A DNA stretch of 64,000 nt from Thermoanaerobaculia bacterium (GTDB lineage: Bacteria; Acidobacteriota; Thermoanaerobaculia; Gp7-AA8), in assembly GCA_036375075.1 (NCBI GenBank), contig DASUSN010000158.1, positions 70,791-134,790 on the forward strand. The letters run 5' to 3'. This document shows positions 61,260 through 64,000 of this stretch, one piece after another. The notes under the pieces were generated by a model that saw only the letters and a program-made list of their open reading frames with translations, ran no database searches and was not told where the DNA came from. The position numbers were made by a program, and so were the translations under genes. Every line of letters begins with the position of its first letter. The stretch's first letter is position 1.

Positions 61260-62045
61260 ATGACCGACAAATCGGATTGGAAGGACGCGAGCCGCGAGCT
61301 GCGCGCGGACGAGCGGCGGAAGCTGGGCGATCCGCCGACTGCCGAAGAACTGCAGGCGTATTACCGCGGTGAGCTTTCGGAGCAAGAGGAAGACCGGATC
61401 CGCGATCTCATCGTCGCGTATCCCGAGTTGGTGCGGATGTACAGGGAGCCTGCCCCCGATGCCCCTCGGCCGGGCGATTCCGACTATGTCGGAGCGGATC
61501 AGGTAGCCTCAGGCTGGCGCACGTTACAGCAGCGCCTGCGACAGCCATCGCCAGCGCGAGTACAGGCTGTACGCGGCGAAGCGCAGCGCGGTGTGCTGTT
61601 GTACGTTCCGACTGCTGTCGCAGCTGTGTTAGCGGTCATCTGCTTCGGGCTTTACGTTCGCGCGGAGGGCCGCGCGCGGTACTTCGCTGAGCAGAGTAGG
61701 CAACCGCTGATCCTCGCGGCGGCCCAGCAACTCGATCCGGACGGAAATCGGGGGTCGGCCTCGCCGCTGCCGCTTCGCAAGGACGGTGAGGCGTATCTGC
61801 TCAAGCCGGTCCTCGTCAACGAATTTCGCTACTCGCGTTATCAGATCGAGCTGCGTGATTCGAACGATGCTCTTCTCTGGAGTAACCGCGATGCCCATCC
61901 GGCCGACGACGAGCACGCGTTTCAGATCGTTGTCCCGCATACCTTTCTTACCGAGGGACAGACTTACCGGCTGGGGATCTTCGGAGTGGATGGCCAAAAG
62001 TCGGAGCGGCTCGCCTCGTACGAATTCAAGGTTCCGGTGGAGTGA
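61260..62045 (+). CDS. single-pass anti-sigma factor-like protein (no zinc motif), paralogue of 51791-52399
   Basis: MTDKSDWKDA...ERRKLGDPPTAEELQAYYRGELSEQEEDRIRDLIVAYPEL aligns with the N-terminus of the 51791 protein. TM helix LLYVPTAVAAVLAVICFGLYV. GGAGGA upstream, 3 nt after the sigma-2 stop. Confidence 0.65.
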   Translation: MTDKSDWKDASRELRADERRKLGDPPTAEELQAYYRGELSEQEEDRIRDLIVAYPELVRMYREPAPDAPRPGDSDYVGADQVASGWRTLQQRLRQPSPARVQAVRGEAQRGVLLYVPTAVAAVLAVICFGLYVRAEGRARYFAEQSRQPLILAAAQQLDPDGNRGSASPLPLRKDGEAYLLKPVLVNEFRYSRYQIELRDSNDALLWSNRDAHPADDEHAFQIVVPHTFLTEGQTYRLGIFGVDGQKSERLASYEFKVPVE

Positions 62046-62047
62046 CA

Positions 62048-62079
62048 ATGCCCGTGACCCTCACGGCGGTCACGGGCAT
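62048..62079 (+). terminator. hairpin immediately after the anti-sigma-2 stop
   Basis: atgcccgtgacc-ctcacggc-ggtcacgggcat: perfect 12-bp stem starting 3 nt after the stop, with only a weak T-run (aaattctt). Confidence 0.5.
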
Positions 62080-62134
62080 CGCAAATTCTTGCGCCAGGCC
62101 GAACGCCAGCGCGGTACCCCGTGTTTAGCCCTCC

Positions 62135-62605
62135 ATGAACGACGAGAAAGCACTTCGCGAACACCTGGTGCGCCTGCTGGACTGGGACAGCGCGCACGTC
62201 CGATTCGATGATGCGGTGAAGGATTTTCCGGTGGAACTGCGCGGCACGCGGCCGGCCGGGGCGCCGCATTCGCCGTGGGAATTGCTCGAGCATCTGCGTA
62301 TCGCGCTGTGGGACATCCTGGAGTTCTCCCGCGACGGGAAGCACGAGTCGCCGGAGTTTCCCGCGGGGTATTGGCCGGCCGCGCAGGCGCCGCCGTCCGA
62401 GGGGGCGTGGGAGGAGAGCGCGGAGCAGTACCGGCGGGATTTACGGGCGCTGGCGGAGCTGACGGCGGACGAGTCGGCCGACCTCTACGCGCCGATCCCG
62501 CACGGGAGCGGGCAGACGCTGCTGCGCGAGATCCTCGTGGCGGCCGACCACAACGCGTATCACGTCGGCCAGCTCATGATGGTCCGCCGCATCCTCGGCG
62601 CCTGA
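62135..62605 (+). CDS. DinB-family (four-helix-bundle metalloenzyme-like) protein
   Basis: ...SPWELLEHLRIALWDIL...LLREILVAADHNAYHVGQLMMVRRIL carries the His triad pattern typical of the DinB superfamily. Confidence 0.75.
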   Translation: MNDEKALREHLVRLLDWDSAHVRFDDAVKDFPVELRGTRPAGAPHSPWELLEHLRIALWDILEFSRDGKHESPEFPAGYWPAAQAPPSEGAWEESAEQYRRDLRALAELTADESADLYAPIPHGSGQTLLREILVAADHNAYHVGQLMMVRRILGA

Positions 62606-63726
62606 ACGTCGGGGAAGGAACCGCGGGCGAAGAATACGTGCTCGGCGAGGCGCTGGAAGAGCGGCAGGCGCAGCATGGCGAACGCGGTCTCGAGCAGCGG
62701 CGGCGCGGCGGACGCGAGGCGCATGGCGTTGCGCATCCAGCGGCGGGCGAGGATGCGGGTGCGGAAGCGGTCGCCGGTGTATTGGGCGAGCACGGCCGGG
62801 TCGCCGGTCTCGAGGTAGGCGGCGATGACGTCGGCGGCGAAGGTGGAGAGGCGCATCGCGCCGTCGAGGCCTCCGGCGGTGAGGGGGGAGACGGCGCCGG
62901 CCGCATCGCCGATGAGGAGGCCTCGTTCGTTGGCGATGCGGCGGAGGATGCCGTTGACGGGAATCAGTCCGCCGCGGCGCTCGAGGGTGCGGCCGACAGC
63001 GAAGGGGAGGGTGTCGCGAAAGGTGTGCAGCGCTTTCGTGGCGTCCCAGCCTCCGCGCTGGTAGCCGGCGACGCCGACGTGCGCCTCTTCGCCGTCGTTC
63101 GCCACCCAGGCGATGTAGCCGGGCGCGAGGCGGGAGTCGAGGAAGCAGTGCAGCACGGGCTCGCGGGAGATGGGCGGGACGATCTCTTCCACGCCGAGGA
63201 GCATCTCGTGGTTGCGGTCGAGTCCGAGGTGCTGGGCGATGCGGGAGCGGGCGCCGTCGGCGCCGACGACGAAGCGCGCGCGCAGGCGCTCGCGGCGGCC
63301 GTGGCGGAGGAACGTCACGCCGTCCGCGTCGCACGACTCGACGCGGGCGCCGGGGATCCACTGCACGCCGGCGCTGGCGCACTGCTCGAGCATCTGGAGG
63401 TAGAGCCAGGACATCCGCCCGACGCGGAACTCGTCGCGGGCGGCGCGGATGTGCAGCGACTTGCGCGCCGGTGAATAGAGCACCACGTCGCGGATCGCGG
63501 GCCCCAACTGCTCCTCGGGCAGCGGGAAGTCTTCCCACGTCTTGCGCACGAAGATCCCGGTGGTGTGCACGGGCGCGGCGATGGAGGGCTTGCGGTCGAG
63601 CAGGGCGACGCGCAGCCCGCGCGCGGCCAGCAGGCGGGCCAGGCGGAGGCCGGCAAGGCCGGCGCCGATGATGGCGACGTCGGACGAGGGCGCAGGGGAC
63701 AGGGCGCGGGGCGCAGTGGATTGCAT
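62560..63726 (-). CDS. FAD-dependent oxidoreductase, geranylgeranyl-reductase-like family
   Basis: ATG 63726 (MQSTAPRALSPAPSSDVAIIGAGLAGLRLARLLAARG). GDAAGAVSPLTAGGL. The 3' end convergently overlaps the DinB gene by 46 nt. Confidence 0.8.
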   Translation of the reverse strand: MQSTAPRALSPAPSSDVAIIGAGLAGLRLARLLAARGLRVALLDRKPSIAAPVHTTGIFVRKTWEDFPLPEEQLGPAIRDVVLYSPARKSLHIRAARDEFRVGRMSWLYLQMLEQCASAGVQWIPGARVESCDADGVTFLRHGRRERLRARFVVGADGARSRIAQHLGLDRNHEMLLGVEEIVPPISREPVLHCFLDSRLAPGYIAWVANDGEEAHVGVAGYQRGGWDATKALHTFRDTLPFAVGRTLERRGGLIPVNGILRRIANERGLLIGDAAGAVSPLTAGGLDGAMRLSTFAADVIAAYLETGDPAVLAQYTGDRFRTRILARRWMRNAMRLASAAPPLLETAFAMLRLPLFQRLAEHVFFARGSFPDVQAPRMRRTIMSWPT

Positions 63727-63813
63727 GACGAGAACTTTACAATGCAAAGCACGTGCGCACAAGTCCGCGACGATCGCGGGTCTCCTGTCCCCTGTCCCCT
63801 GCCCCCTGCGCCC
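63688..63813. repeat. word-repeat palindrome, family E, copy 2 (wide loop)
   Basis: Left arm gggcgcaggggacagggcgcggggcgc (63688-63714, inside the first codons of the FAD gene). Right arm ctcctgtcccctgtcccctgccccctgcgccc (63782-63813), abutting the fabF stop. Confidence 0.8.
63734..63762 (-). promoter_or_regulatory. candidate sigma-70-like promoter giving a leaderless transcript of the FAD oxidoreductase gene
   Basis: On the minus strand: TTGTGC - 17 nt - TAAAGT - 7 nt - ATG (63726). No SD. The whole promoter sits in the loop of the family E palindrome. Confidence 0.3.
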
Positions 63814-64000
63814 TTATTCGTGGCGCGAGAAGATCAGCGTCGCGTTCGTTCCGCCGAAGCCGAAGGAGTTGCTCAGCACGTGCTTGATGCCGGGGGCCGG
63901 GCGGGCGGTGTTGGGGATGTAGTCGAGGTCGCAGCCTTCGTCGGGGTTGTCGAGGTTGATCGTCGGGGGGAGGATGCCTTCGCGGATGGCCATGGCCGCG
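63814..64000 (-). CDS. fabF: beta-ketoacyl-ACP synthase II, C-terminal end only (gene continues beyond window end)
   Basis: Hand translation of the minus strand: ...[60 protein letters not shown], the conserved KAS II C-terminus. Not in the ORF track because it runs off the edge. Confidence 0.85.
   Translation of the reverse strand, partial: AAMAIREGILPPTINLDNPDEGCDLDYIPNTARPAPGIKHVLSNSFGFGGTNATLIFSRHE

Noticed and set aside
48000-62100. Whether the caspase/ECF island is a recognisable mobile element (integrase, transposase, tRNA target, flanking direct repeats)
   Set aside because: I could identify none of these in or around the island. Only the compositional shift and the repeat-rich left border hint at acquisition.

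Overview
High-GC bacterial chromosomal window (hand-counted 60-nt lines are mostly about 65-70% G+C), densely coding on both strands. I recognised no rRNA, tRNA, CRISPR array, transposase or integrase. Many long ORFs in the six-frame track are antisense or out-of-frame shadows typical of GC-rich DNA, and several track ORFs are 5'-over-extended; starts were re-derived by hand. Housekeeping content: OmpA-family protein, SpoIID/LytB, pyrR-pyrB-pyrC, PilT-like ATPase, queF, ribD-ribE, HtrA/DegP, pfkA, a crotonase, a five-gene Liv-type ABC amino-acid importer, APC permease plus Rieske oxygenase, Tag glycosylase, MFS transporter, PAS-GGDEF-EAL protein, amine oxidase, DinB, FAD reductase and a partial fabF. 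Accessory content: a 2,755-aa surface-displayed ExeM/NucH-type nuclease with an IPTL-CTERM-like tail, an in-frame AKR-ALDH fusion ORF, a signal-less protein-glutaminase homologue, VapBC and two ankyrin proteins. Best candidate for a new system: a 12-kb island (50.1-62.0 kb) with four exported caspase-fold proteases (three C14-like, one TPR-CHAT) interleaved with two paralogous ECF sigma/anti-sigma pairs. Second: at least eight families of intergenic 'word-repeat' palindromes at almost every operon boundary, one family showing a stem-preserving paired substitution between copies. Third: a 710-bp gene-free stretch holding a 43-bp x 6.6 tandem array, a truncated palindrome and an ankyrin gene fragment, directly flanking the caspase island. 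All functional calls rest on motifs read by eye from the translations; no searches were run.
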